Assembly: GCF_964355755.1 (NCBI RefSeq)
Contig: NC_092674.1
Coordinates: 2,914,001 to 2,978,000 of the forward strand
Direction: 5' to 3'
DNA: 64,000 nt
Origin: Antedon mediterranea
Taxonomy: Eukaryota > Animalia > Echinodermata
Below the pieces are notes generated by a model. That model ran no database searches. It had not been told where the DNA came from and saw nothing but the letters and a program-made list of their open reading frames with translations. Shown piece after piece: positions 1-12,689 of this stretch (position 1 is the first letter of the stretch; the number at the start of each line of letters is the position of its first letter). Both the position numbers and the translations under genes were made by a program.

Positions 1-579
1 GTGGGCTGGACAATAATTACTGTCCAAAATGTACAAACAACTTTTTAGTTTAAAGTTGAAACTACGAGATACAGTAATGTGCCCATTTTACAATGCCAAG
101 TATGGGGATGCATGTTCTAACATAACATTTTTTAAATGAAGAAAAACATGAAATGAAGGTCACTAAACATAGGGCGGTTCTGCAAGGCCATACGGTTGTG
201 AAAACACTTAAGCCAGCAATTAAATGACATAGTTTGTAATGTACTTCTGCAGTACAGTATTTTATTATTTTAGTACATATTGGAACAAATTTACTGTATG
301 TAACAGTATGATAGTATTTAATGCATTTATAGACGTGTATTCATTAATAATAATACTTAATATTAAAATTTAGGTAGGTAGGTTGGGCTAACAAAACTTA
401 TAACTAGACTACTGTAACATACTTTAATTTGCAAGGACTATATCATCTCCTAGTATAGAGTGACATACTATTGTCATTCTTTTTATTGTAATTGGCCCAA
501 CAGAGGATTTAAAAAGGGATACAATAAATAACTTTTGATTGCAATGTATTACATTGTATATATCCAGTATTTTGATAAA

Positions 580-745
580 CTTCCCACTAGAACGTAACGC
601 AAGGACGTAAACGCAACACAAGCGTTTTAACCAATGACAGGGGAAGTTATATACAGAAGCAATCACAAGCGAATAAGCCATCGCTTGTGATTGGTCAATT
701 CACTTGCGTTGCGTTACGTCCTTGTGTTGCGTCGCTAGTGGGAAG
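580..745. mobile_element. MITE-like element with imperfect terminal inverted repeats
   Basis: Left end cttcccactag aacgtaacgcaaggacgtaa pairs with right end ttacgtccttgtgttgcgtcgctagtgggaag; a related decayed copy lies at about 40560-40700. Confidence 0.6.
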
Positions 746-2820
746 CACGCTTTATGCATAAAGTAACAGAGCTTAAAGAACTATTAACCAGGTGTGACAT
801 TGCATTAACACTGTCAGTTAATGTAGTTCAGTTTATATTCCATGTTTTAATTAGAAAACCTGAGACACATGTCACAAAGCAAACACAAACTCTGGTTAAT
901 TTATTTGACAGTCTCTGGCTATTACCTGTATAGCAGAGTCATTTTTAAACATACTTTAATGTGACTACAGCTTTAATTCAAAATCTTTCTCAAGAAAATG
1001 ATAATAATTGTAAACACACTAACAAACCTTGCATTTCTCCTAAGACAACCAATTTGATTTTCTCTTTCATGATTTAAAGTTCCAATTTAACATAATTTAA
1101 AATCCATAAGCACAATGATTTTCACTTCAAATACAGTTAATACTGTAAATGTATATTTGACTATAAAAAAACTTAGTATGTGTACTAGTAATACTGTAGC
1201 CACGTTGCAATGGTTTGGAATGGATTGCAGATGGACTTCACACTCTCGGTCGGTCTGCAATCTGAACTTTCTAGTTTGTGTACTTTACTCAAACAGCACA
1301 ATACTTTACAAATTATAAATATCATCAATAGTTTATGGACTATACCAAATTTGTGGAGAGGGGTGTTCAATGAAAATTTCTACTTTTCGAGTTATATCCT
1401 CGCTCTTCAAGGAGAAAGGGGCTATTGTCGGTTTATCCAGGTACTGTAAGCTAGGCACGAAATAGACTATAAACATCATCAATTCAATACACTGACATGA
1501 AATTAAATGTCAAAAAGATTGTCATCATCTGTATGTATGGCTATGCGATTTTATATTTAATTAAATATTTTATAAATTATTTTAAAATCAGTTGCAGTGT
1601 ATATCTTTATTCATCCCTCATGGGGCAATTAACAAAAGAATTAGAAGGATATGGATTTCAGTACAGTAGCTTACGATAAAAAGTATAAAAAGTACAAATT
1701 TCAACATCAAACAAAATATATAGAATTCTTAAGAATTATAAAATGTTTAAGTTAAGATAATAAAAGGTAAAATTTATAAAATGTTATTTATTTAATAGTC
1801 TGATGGCAAAAGGCACAAATGAATTTCTTAATTTAGGTTTAGTTTTGCAAGTTTTACACCTGTATAATAACGGCGGTCATGAGGCAACACTTCATATTCC
1901 TTATAAACAATTTCTGGTGGTACATACCGAGTCCAATTTTTATTTTTCACACACAAATCATTCATACTGAAGATTAGAATACAATAATATCCTGGAAAAT
2001 CTTCAATCATAAATTTATTTCTCTTTAATGCAGGTATTGCTACTGTAATGTTTCTATTTATGGATTTCTATTTTTCATGATTTTGCAAATATTATTCAAA
2101 TCACACCTTCTACTATTCAGATTAAATACAATGAAAATTGGACTGGGTAAAAGTAGGCGGGGCAATACTTGTCTTTCACTATGTCTAAAGATTAATTCAA
2201 ACAGGTTCTACTCCTCCCATTCAATTCCATTTAATCATATCATTCACATAAAATACATAAAAAAATTCATACATACTGTACTGAAACCTAATTTGGAATT
2301 GTTCCTTATGCGCACTCACCACTAGGCTAGAGCTTCTTTCTAGGTTAGCCCTTCCCATGATAATATTAATAATTATATGTTCGTTTGCGATACCATGTTT
2401 TAATATGTATTGTTATGGTTTATTTTGTTGGGTATTTATTGACGAAAGAGGTACATCTTTATATTCAAACGCATGTCAAAAGAAAATCCTACAACATCAA
2501 ATTAATGCTTTATAAAATTTAGAAACTCGCATCAAAACAGAATAAAACAATCAAAATGCATAATAATATTTAATCAAAATAAAAAGATCTTTCTAAATTG
2601 TTTTAATTTACTCAAAAACAAATCACATTGACGATATATTTCAGCCATTAATTATCCTGTAGGATCCATCCTGTAGGACCCAGCTTGTAAAATAAATCAA
2701 TTCAAATGGAATGTCAAATTCCCATGCAAATTAGCCTAGACCTAGGCTAGGGCCAGGCATGACTGCTACACCAGTACAAAAGATGGTTAGACACACAGAG
2801 GGCGGTGGTGGATGCCGCTA

Positions 2821-2976
<156 letters not shown>

Positions 2977-3706
2977 CTACTCTTTAAAAACAATAATTTA
3001 TCCAGTTGAAGAAAAATAATTATACTCGGTATTTCAAAAGGGTTAGCCACGTTCGACGCCTGGAAATTATAAAATGACTGAGCATGCGTCACACGGATGA
3101 CGTGTAGAAAATTAAAAAGAGTGTTCGAGCTAAAAAAAAATTCTCTTTTCTCATGAGCGCAAAATAATGCGCAAAGTCTAAATTCCAAATATTTCACCAA
3201 AAAAATTTAAACAAATTCGGAAGGTGCGGTCAGCCTCCAAAAAATATAAACCCTGTAAAGCATAGAGATTATGTTATATCTATGTTGTGTAGGCCTAAAG
3301 TAATTAGAAAAAGAAATTAATGCATTTTAAAAGACAAATTAACGGTTTAAACAAGCGCTTTCATAAATAATTAGCTTCTCCTGGAAATGTTATTTTTAGG
3401 CCTAAATAACTGTATTTCTTTCAAATTTGGTCAGTATATTTGACATTAAAATGGCCTATTCAACAATTTAAAAGTTACGTTTATTAAGGCTTGCTGTGGT
3501 TTATTTGGAATCATTTGAGTTTGTGTGTGTGCGATTGTATCCTTCCCATTTAATTTTTGGAATCATAGTACTAGGAATAATATTTGTAAAAATATAAAAG
3601 CGTACAAGGAAGCCGATATCGTCACGGATATTTCATTGCAAATGAAGTCTTTGCCACATAAAATTAATCCTCTTATTAGTTGCCTAGTTCACCAATGATG
3701 GAGAGC

Positions 3707-4235
3707 TAAGATAAGATAAGATAAGATAAGATAAGATAACTTTTATTGATCCTCAAAAAGGAAATTCATTGCTCGTCATAATAACAAGAAAACACAATAA
3801 AAACAAATATAGCATAAAACCATTCATATAAAAACATCAAAAAATACAAGATAAAATTATCTTCTTGACTTTCTGTTGTACTGGATGATACCGGAGGGAA
3901 TAAAGGATTTGGCATATCTTCGATTTGTTTTCACACTGAGGAGCCTCAATCTACCACTTGGATTAAGTTGGTCTATGATCACCTTTGTGGAGAGGATGAG
4001 AGGCATCCGACTCAATGCGTTCAAAATCTTTCTGGAGGTGTTCTAGGTGCACATCGGATGGAAGGCAGTTCCAGACCAATCATTTTACCAGCCGGCCCGA
4101 CGGATGAAAGTTTCAAGGCGTCCTTTATTCCCTCCGGTAACATTACCAGCCCAACAGGAGAGGCAGTACGTCCAAACACTACATATAACGGAACTATAGA
4201 ACGAAAGTACTGGCACTGATGTCTGATGATTAAAT
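3707..4235 (-). mobile_element. 5'-truncated Rex1/Babar-like non-LTR retrotransposon, frameshifted ORF C-terminus with (CTTAT)n tail
   Basis: Minus-strand fragments FYSSVICSVWTYCLSCWAGNVTGGNKGRLETFIRRAG/KMIGLELPSI, DASHPLH, SGRLRLLSVKTNR, KSFIPSGI match the Rex-Babar ORF end; pentanucleotide tail at 3707-3740. Confidence 0.8.
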
Positions 4236-4509
4236 ACATACCGGTATGTAAATGTTGTGAAAAATAGATAAATAGAACTCAGGGGGTCTATCTTCTGGAA
4301 ATTGCACCTTGATACATTGATATATGAAACAGAAATACATACATTAGTCAACAGGAGCAGTCCACTGGTGGGATGGGGTTAATAAATATTTAGTTTTGCA
4401 GATCCCTGCAATGGAAATTAAACTTATAAGGTATATACATACTTGCCTCAAGTCTGTATTGTCTTCTTTTTTTATTTATTTGTTTTCATTTCGACCGCGA
4501 TTTTTGTGG

Positions 4510-5480
4510 GAGTTTGAAGATGCACTTGAGAGTACATACAGGAGAGACACCATATTATGAATGTGAACATTGTGGGAAGAAATTTGTCTTTGAAAAGACA
4601 TTTGAGAATACACACAGAAGAGACATAGTACAGTATGTGGGAAGAAATTAATGACAAAGTGGGCACAGGAGAGCAGTGACTACAGTTGAGAAAGTTGCCA
4701 TGAATGTAAACATTGTGGCAATCAATTTGGAACTCGGATGAATATGTACATTATGAACTTGTTGCCAAGGATTCAGATATGTGATGTGGGGAAACAGCTC
4801 TTTGGAAATCATGTTTTGGATAGAATTTACTAATGGAATAGATCATCTCTGTATCTTGTCATGACGTAGGCCCAGTGTGGAATCATTTAAATAGGATGGA
4901 GGATCCAAGTTTATAGCCATGGGGTGGGCAGTGTTTGACCTGAAGTGCCCTCACTCAACTAGAGCAGCGGAAGCTAGCTTGTGATGATTTTTGCCTCCTT
5001 TTGCGGAAAAGGGAAACCTGCATGTAAAAATCCTGGCTCAGTCTTGGAGGACTCTACCCTACGGAATGAAAGGTCAACAAAGTTAGCAAGAGAAGACACC
5101 AAGCTCATTCTGTTCATTACATCTAAAACACATTAAAGAATAATGCTGAACATGAGGCATGATTTAATAAAAAGTCTTTTATTAAATTTTATTGAAAAAT
5201 AATAATTTGAATCATGACACAATGTTTTAGGAATCTTAACCCATCACCATGTCAAATTACTGTATATAAATTTAATAATTCAACTAATTTCCTAAGTAAT
5301 AAATAAATGTATGCACAATCTTTGATTTTGTACTACTGCATCTTGTATCTAAAACTAGATATTTTCCTAAAACTCTTCTACAGTGTATTAAATTAATCTC
5401 ATTCCCTGATCGCTCTCTCATCATAAGAATAAAGCCATCTGTTCACAATAGTTGCCATTTTAAATTATAAATCTCCTATT
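4510..5480 (+). pseudogene. Decayed C2H2-ZNF paralog remnant (last fingers plus 3' flank)
   Basis: [35 protein letters not shown] with indels, followed by about 800 bp homologous to the 3' flanks of the intact ZNF genes (e.g. 8860-10030). Confidence 0.8.
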
Positions 5481-7138
5481 TTTCTGCTCAATTTACCATT
5501 TTGGTAGAGTAACAATTAAAATACACTATTGATTTTGTAAAACTATCTTTTATTCATCCTAAAATTCTGTGGTTTTACATCATTAATTAGTGTCATTTGG
5601 ATATTTTATTGTTCGTGTTATGCAATATTTGGTAAAATTGTTTGTGACGGTCACACTACTAAGAAAAAATTTATCAACTACATGCTAACATCATGTTAAA
5701 TGCTATTTGGATATTTAATTTTTCGTTTTATGCAATTCATCTAGTAAAAACTGCCAAATACTAAAATAGGCATTTCACGTCAACTACCGGGCAACTTGTT
5801 TTCACAAAGAATAGTTTATTAATATTTCAATATTTAACTTTTTTGTGGTAGAAGCATATTATTAATTAAATTTAGCATTGTAGCATATTAATAACATTAA
5901 CTGTAAAGTAATTTATCGGAAACATTACTTGATTTAACAGGCGTAGATTTAGTAATACATTAGTACGCCGCAATAGAAAAGAATGAGCCATGCTGGTAAC
6001 GCATGATTGATTTTTGTTGTTGCTTAAACCTTTCTTTGTGAACTAATTTAGCATGGTGGTAAAATAATTTTTTTTTAACTGAATGTACAATAGTTTGTCA
6101 TTAAATATTTGTTATGAAATGTTATATAATTGCAAAATATATTATCATAATTCTATTTAAGGTGACAGTATAATATCTATTTAAATCAAGTCTTCTTTTG
6201 ATCTGTTTACATCCGCTCGTGTCAGGGCCGGCAGCCCACTTTTAAAGCGATATTAATTTCCAAAATCGCTATCGCTAGGCCTACTTCTCTTCCGATAACT
6301 GTATATCAAAGAACTTTGATGACAAGAATCTCCTGTTCGTCCGAAGTGTGTAACAATTTCGAAAGGCATTGTAGGCCCCTACTCTAGGATAGTCAGAAAG
6401 AAAATCTTTGGATCGAGTAGAGCTAATAGGTGGCGCCATTGTGAGTCATGGAGCAAAGCCATATAATATAATTTAAATTGAAAATTGTCTTTTCAAATTA
6501 TAACTTAAATTTAAATTGTTGAATTGATAAAGAGTTACGGCATTGCGTTCACGGATTTTAGAAAGTCACGTGGTAGGCTACATTACCGGCGATCTTTGTG
6601 TCCCAACCTAGAGTATGGAGTCGAGTCTTTGCTTTAAAAAATGTATAACAATTAACATTATAAAAGGTTTTAAATATCGAATTTAATATCAAAACAATCA
6701 ATTGTTTAAAGGTTTTTGTTAAGATAATAACGCAATTATAAATTTACCGTGAACATGATTTTAAACAACAAAATGTAAAAACAATGCATTACTGTAATAA
6801 TTATTATTATTACAGTATTATTAGACAATCGCTGTACGCGAGCGTGCATGAAGCGCACAGCCGGCCAGAGCAGGCCGTTCCGAAATTCAATGGATTAAAG
6901 CTATTTTTGTTGTTTAAAATCTTTTTCGCTGTAACTTTATAATTTTATTATTATTTTGATATTAAATTCGATACCTAGTTAGCCTTTTGAACGTAGTGAC
7001 AATGTTGCCTTTCTAGTTTGGAGAGGGCGCTGCTTCATGCTTTGAAACCTTTTAACCCGCTACTTTGTGTTATAAAGTTGTAGTACAGTATAAATGTTAC
7101 ATTCTTCGTCTTGCATAGGAAAAATTGAACCAAAAAAC

Positions 7139-8863
7139 ATGAAATATAAATGTGAACACTGTGGAGATAAATTTGAGTTAAATGATTTAAAGATGCATTT
7201 ACGAATACATTCATCATCAGATGGACAACAAGAAGGCCTCTACATACGCGATGATTCTCAGTTAATAGGCCTAGAAGAAGACCGGGGATGGGGAATAGAC
7301 AGAGAGCTGAAAGGAGAAGAGACAACGACGTACGAACGTGGAGATTTGAAAGAATCGGAACATTGTGGGAAGATATGTTCGCCTAGGCCTAGCAACAGTT
7401 TAAAAACGCATTTGAGAATACACACAGAAGAGACACCATATGAATGTGAACATTGCGAGAGGAAATTTAAACAAAGTGGTAATTTAAAAACACATTTGAG
7501 AATACACACAGGAGAGACACCATATGAATGTGAACATTGTGGGAAGAAATTTAAACAAAGAGGATATTTGAAAAAACATTTGAGAATACACACAGGAGAG
7601 ACACCATATGAATGTGAACATTGTGGGAAGAAATTTGGAGAAAGTTATAATTTGAAAAGACATTTGAGAATACACACAGGAGGGAGACCATATGAATGTG
7701 AAAATTGTGGGAGCAAATTTAAAGAAAAGGGGGATTTAAAGAGACATTTGAGAATACACACAGGAGAGACGCCATATGAATGTAAACATTGTGGAAAGAA
7801 ATTTAAAGAAAATAGGAGTTTGAAAAACCATTTGAGAATACATACAGGAGAGAGACCATACGAATGTGAACATTGTGGGAAGAAATTTAAAGAAAATGAG
7901 AGTTTGAAAAAACATTTGAAAATACATACAGGAGAGAGACCATATAAATGCGAAAATTGTGGGAAGACATTTTCAGGGGGTAAAAGTTTAAAAAAACATT
8001 TGATAATACACACAGGAGAGACACCATATGTATGTGAATATTGTGGAAAGACATTTAAATGGAATGGGAGTTTGAAAATGCATTTGAGAATACACACAGG
8101 AGAGACACCATATGAATGTGAACATTGTGGAAAGAAATTTAAACAGAGTGGTAGTTTGAAAGCACATTTGAGAATACACACAGGAGAGACACCATATGAA
8201 TGTGAACATTGTGGGCGTATGTTTAAACAGCATGAGTCTTTAAAAAGACATTTAAGAACACACACAGACGATACACTGGAATGTGAACTATGTGGGAAAA
8301 CATTTAAAGAAAACGATAATTTAAAAAGACATATGAGAATACACACAGGAGAGACACCATATGAATGTGAACATTGTGGGAAGAGTTTTAAAGAAAGTGG
8401 GACTTTGAAAAGACATTTGAGAATACACACAGGAGAGACACCATATGAATGTGAACATTGTGGAAAGAAATTTGTAGAAAGTGGGGGTTTAAAAAGACAT
8501 TTGAGAACACATACAGGAGAGACACCATATGAATGTGAACATTGTGGGAAGAAATTTAGTGATAATAGGAGTTTGAACAAACATTTGGGAATACACACAG
8601 GAGAGACACCATATGAATGTGAACATTGTGGGAAGAAATTTAGGGATAAGTATAATTTAAAAAGACATATGAGAATACACACAGGAGAGACACCATATGA
8701 ATGTGAACATTGTGGGAAGAAATTTAAAGATAGTGGGAATTTAAAAACACATTTGAGAATACACACAGGAGAGACACCATACGAATGTGAACATTGTGGA
8801 AAGAAATTTTCAGTGAGAAAAAGTTTAAAAACACATTTGAGAATACATACAGGAGAGACATAG
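7139..8863 (+). CDS. C2H2 zinc-finger protein 1 (N-terminal finger, acidic linker, one degenerate plus 17 tandem fingers)
   Basis: Uninterrupted ORF with [16 protein letters not shown] repeats. ATG at 7139 (MKYKCEHC) is shared with paralogs; probable acceptor ttgcatag just upstream. Confidence 0.9.
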   Translation: MKYKCEHCGDKFELNDLKMHLRIHSSSDGQQEGLYIRDDSQLIGLEEDRGWGIDRELKGEETTTYERGDLKESEHCGKICSPRPSNSLKTHLRIHTEETPYECEHCERKFKQSGNLKTHLRIHTGETPYECEHCGKKFKQRGYLKKHLRIHTGETPYECEHCGKKFGESYNLKRHLRIHTGGRPYECENCGSKFKEKGDLKRHLRIHTGETPYECKHCGKKFKENRSLKNHLRIHTGERPYECEHCGKKFKENESLKKHLKIHTGERPYKCENCGKTFSGGKSLKKHLIIHTGETPYVCEYCGKTFKWNGSLKMHLRIHTGETPYECEHCGKKFKQSGSLKAHLRIHTGETPYECEHCGRMFKQHESLKRHLRTHTDDTLECELCGKTFKENDNLKRHMRIHTGETPYECEHCGKSFKESGTLKRHLRIHTGETPYECEHCGKKFVESGGLKRHLRTHTGETPYECEHCGKKFSDNRSLNKHLGIHTGETPYECEHCGKKFRDKYNLKRHMRIHTGETPYECEHCGKKFKDSGNLKTHLRIHTGETPYECEHCGKKFSVRKSLKTHLRIHTGET

Positions 8864-9320
8864 TATTAGTACAGTATATCAATACAGTGTGTGGGAAGAA
8901 ATGAAAAACAAAGTAGGCACATGCAGGAGAGCAGCTCAGCTACCGGTGAGAAACTTGTCATGAATGTGAACATTTTGGTAAGCAATGTTAAAGACGCATA
9001 CAAGAATGGACCGTATGAATGTGAACATTATTAACTTGTTGCCAAGGATTTAGAGATGTGATGTTGGGAAACAGCTCTTTGGAAATCACGTTGTAGATGG
9101 AATTCAATACTGGAATAGATCATCCCTGTATCTCGTCATGAAGTAGGCCTAGTGTGGAATCATTTAAATAGGATGGAGGATCCAAACCCATAGCCATGGG
9201 GTAGTTGGTGTTTGCCCTGAAGTGCCCTGACTCAACTAGAGATTAGCAGTGGAAGAAAGCTAGCTTGTGATGATTTTTGCCTCCTTTTGTGGAAAAAGAA
9301 AACCTCCATAAACCCATAAT

Positions 9321-9490
9321 CGGATCTAGAAAACAAGACCTAAAATCAATTAGTTTTCTAGATATAGAAAACTAAGATATCTTAAGTCCTAGAAAACTAA
9401 GACCTATTTAAGATATCTTAGTTTTCTAGATTTAGAAAACTAAGATATCTTAGGTCTTAGTTTTTTCTAGATCTGAGTTTTCTAGACACC
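9321..9490. repeat. Internally palindromic insertion (ctagaaaactaagatatcttag motifs) in ZNF 3' flank; second copy about 17723-17888
   Basis: Nested inverted repeats. Absent from the homologous flank of the pseudogene (about 5015); bracketed by an approximate duplication aaacctc(c/t)at. Confidence 0.6.
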
Positions 9491-10601
9491 CAAACGAAAC
9501 CTCTATGTAAAAATCCTGGCTACAGGCTTGGAGGACTCTACCCTAAGGATCGGAGTGAAAGGTCAATCAACAAGAGAAGACACCAACCTCATTCTGTTCA
9601 TTACTTACTAAAACACATTACAAAAGAATAATGCTGAACGTGAGGCATGATTTATTAAGAAGTCTTTAATTAAATTTTATTGAAAAATAGCATTTTTGAA
9701 TGACACAAAGTGTTATTATTATATAACCCATCACTATGTCAAATTATATAATTTAATAATTTCAACTAATTTCCTATACAATTACAGTATATCAATTGGT
9801 ATAGTAATAAATAAATATATGTATAGGCTTTGATCTTGTATTACTGTACTATATTGTATCTGAAACTAGATATTGTTTAACTCTTCTGCAGTGTATTAAA
9901 TTAATTTAAAACATTCAAAAGGTTGATTGATGAAATTAAGGTGCTTAGAGTACCCTGAAAACTGCATGCACTGCACAGCCCTTCTATCATCATAAGAATA
10001 ACCCATCTGTTCACCATGATTACCATTTTAAATTATATAAATTACCTATTTAACTACACAGTTGATAGACGGATTAATCGACTTGATGCATGCACCAAAT
10101 CATAAAAGAAGTGACGCCATTGCGACCAGATAAAAATCGAAAAAAGTCCCCTATTGTTGTATTGTACAAGCTTTGTGGGCGTCAATTAACAGAAGAACGT
10201 CGAATCAAATTATTACTAGTAAATAATGCAGAGAAGGCGTCCCATAACTCAAACACCCAAAGGTCAATTATAACCAATGGTATTACAGTATTATATAGCT
10301 GAAGGCTGGATCAAACTACAATGTTAACGCAGTTAAAAAAGTTATTCTCTGTGAAGAGGGAACTAACAAGATGGTGGCTACAATCGATCAATCAGATATG
10401 CCCTACGCACTACTAATACGCCGCGCCTGTGTGTTAGGCCGGCCGGCCGAGCGTGAGAACGATGAACGCGATCGCGTTGTCGTGGGTGTTGTCGTTTGTG
10501 GCTATGCAGAGCCATATATAGCTATATATGGCTATGGGGGATATCCCCCTCGTCGGGGAGCATATCCCCCTCGTCGGGGAGCATAGCCGAATAGTTTAAC
10601 A

Positions 10602-12670
10602 CGGTGGCCCACAACTGTCACGCACACTATAACACAGAATCACACAATTAAAGAAGGAATTACACAATTAAAGAAGGAATCACACAATTAAAGAAGAAAT
10701 CGCACAATTAAAGAAGAAATCGCATATAAACAAAAGAAAGCATGAAAATATAAAACGAAATGCACAAATAAAGAAGAAACGCGCAATTAAAGAAGAGCTA
10801 AGCACAATTAAAGAAGTCCGCAACAAATTCGAAAGCTCCTCGCACAATTAAAGAAGTCCGCAACAAATTCGAAAGCTCCTCGCACAATTAAAGAATTCTG
10901 CAACAAATTCGATCGAAAGTACTTCACACACAATTAAAGTACAGTACCGTAGTCCGTATGGAACGCCATTGCTGCCTCCGGCAGCAAATTTTAATTCTAT
11001 TCGGCTCTTTTACCATTACGTTCGGCTCTTTTAGCATTCGGCGCATTTCTATTCGGCCCATTTACCATTTCGTTCGGCTCTTTCAGCATTCGGCGCATTT
11101 CTATTTGGCCCATTTACCATTACGTTCGGCTCTTTCAGCATTCGGCTCTTTTTTATTCGGCCCATTTACCATTACGTTCGGCTCTTTTTAATTCGGCCCT
11201 TTTTTATTCGGCTCTTTCTGTATTACGTTCGGCTCTTTTTGATTTGGCCCTTTTTTATACGGCGCAATTCAATTCTAACCTTTTACATGGGATCAAATGG
11301 AAGAAAATCAACGGCTGGAAATGAGTCTATGAAAAGTTTACAAAACATATAGATGCAGCATGTAGATTGTTGGTTGAATTAAATGAATTTGAAGGCTATT
11401 TCAATATAACTAATCATTTTATTGACATGATTAATGTGTTAGTTAGAGAACTTGCAATTGTCCAACCTTATTGACCATTTTGAGAGAGAAAAGGTTTGAT
11501 TCATGGCCTAGGCTAGCTAGGCCTAGCCTAGTGTCAGCCTAACATTTAATAATAATAATTTACCCTTTCTCTCTAAAAATTTGTTAAAAGATGAATTAAT
11601 TTTAGGTTATTCAACACATCTTTAATCGGTTGGCTACTCATGGTTGGCGCCATGATGATCAAATGTTTGTAAACTTTTCATAGACTCATTTCCAGTCATT
11701 GATTTTCTTCCATTTGACCCCATGTCAAAGGTTAGATTTTAATTGCGCCATATAAAAAATGCCGATTTAAAAAGAGCCCAACGTAATGCAGAAAGAGCCG
11801 AATAAAAAAGGGCCGAATCAAAAAGAGCCGAACGTAATGTTAAATGGGCCGAATAAAAAAGAGCCGAATGCTGAAAGAGCCGAATGTAATGGTAAATGGG
11901 CCGAATAAAAATGCGCCGAATGCTGAAAGAGCCGAACGAAATGGTAAATGGGCCGAATAGAAATGCGCCGAATGCTGAAAGAGCCGAACGTAATGGTAAA
12001 AAGGCCGAATAGAAATGCGCCGAATGGTAAAAGAGCCGAACGTAATGGTAAAAGAGCTGAATAGAATTAGAGTTTGCTGCCGGAGGCAGCGATGGCGTTC
12101 CATACGGACTACGGTACTTTAATTGTGCGAGGTAGGGCCACAATGGAAATAAGTTTGACCTTTGGTTACTTTTTTGTGTTACCCTGAATTCATTCTTTGT
12201 ATTTTTTTTTATGTTGTGTTATTTTATGAATTCGAATAAAGAAAAAAAAAAGTACTTTCGAATTTGTTGCGGACTTCTTTAATTGTGTGAGGAGCTTTCG
12301 AATTTGTTGCGAACTTCTTTAATTGTGCGAGGTACTTTCGAATTTGTTGCGGACTTCTTTAATTGTGCGAGGAGCTTTTGATTTTGTTGCGAACTTCTTT
12401 AATTGTGGGAGGAGCTTTCGAATTTGTTGCGGACTTCTTTAATTGTGCGAGGAGCTTTCGAATTTGCTGCGGACTTCTTTAATTGTGCTTAGCTCTTCTT
12501 TAATTGCGCGTTTCTTCTTTATTTGTGCATTTCGTTTTATATTTTCATGCTTTCTTTTGTTTATATGCGATTCCTTCTTTAATTGTGTGATTTCTTCTTT
12601 AATTGTGTGATTTCTTCTTTAATTGTGTGAATATGATTTATATAGTGTGCGTGACAGTTGTGGGCCACCG
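10602..12670. mobile_element. Foldback-type non-autonomous element, about 2.07 kb near-total palindrome with modular tandem repeats
   Basis: Ends cggtggcccacaactgtcacgcacactata / tatagtgtgcgtgacagttgtgggccaccg; arms about 750-1000 bp with cacaattaaagaag and ttcggctcttt repeats; absent from the duplicated spacer at about 19050. Confidence 0.85.
12135..12251 (+). mobile_element. Short poly(A)-tailed LINE 3' end nested in the foldback right arm
   Basis: Interrupts the repeat unit gaggta|ctttcg; ends aataaagaaaaaaaaaa; no counterpart in the left arm. Confidence 0.6.
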
Positions 12671-12689
12671 TAGGGGCCGCCTGCCTGCC

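Noticed and set aside
3261-3284. catagagattatgttatatctatg as another P-type footprint
   Set aside because: Flanks (tgtaaag / ttgtgta) do not form a TSD.
7094-7138. Upstream ATG extension of ZNF1
   Set aside because: Not conserved in ZNF2/3 and overlaps a likely splice acceptor; 7139 preferred.
10284-10290. tacagta as a clean Tc1 footprint
   Set aside because: Difference from the paralog at about 18663 is 8 bp, compatible with slippage between gtatta repeats.
10958-12143. ORFs in the foldback arms
   Set aside because: Translations of 15-17-bp tandem repeats, mirrored in both arms.
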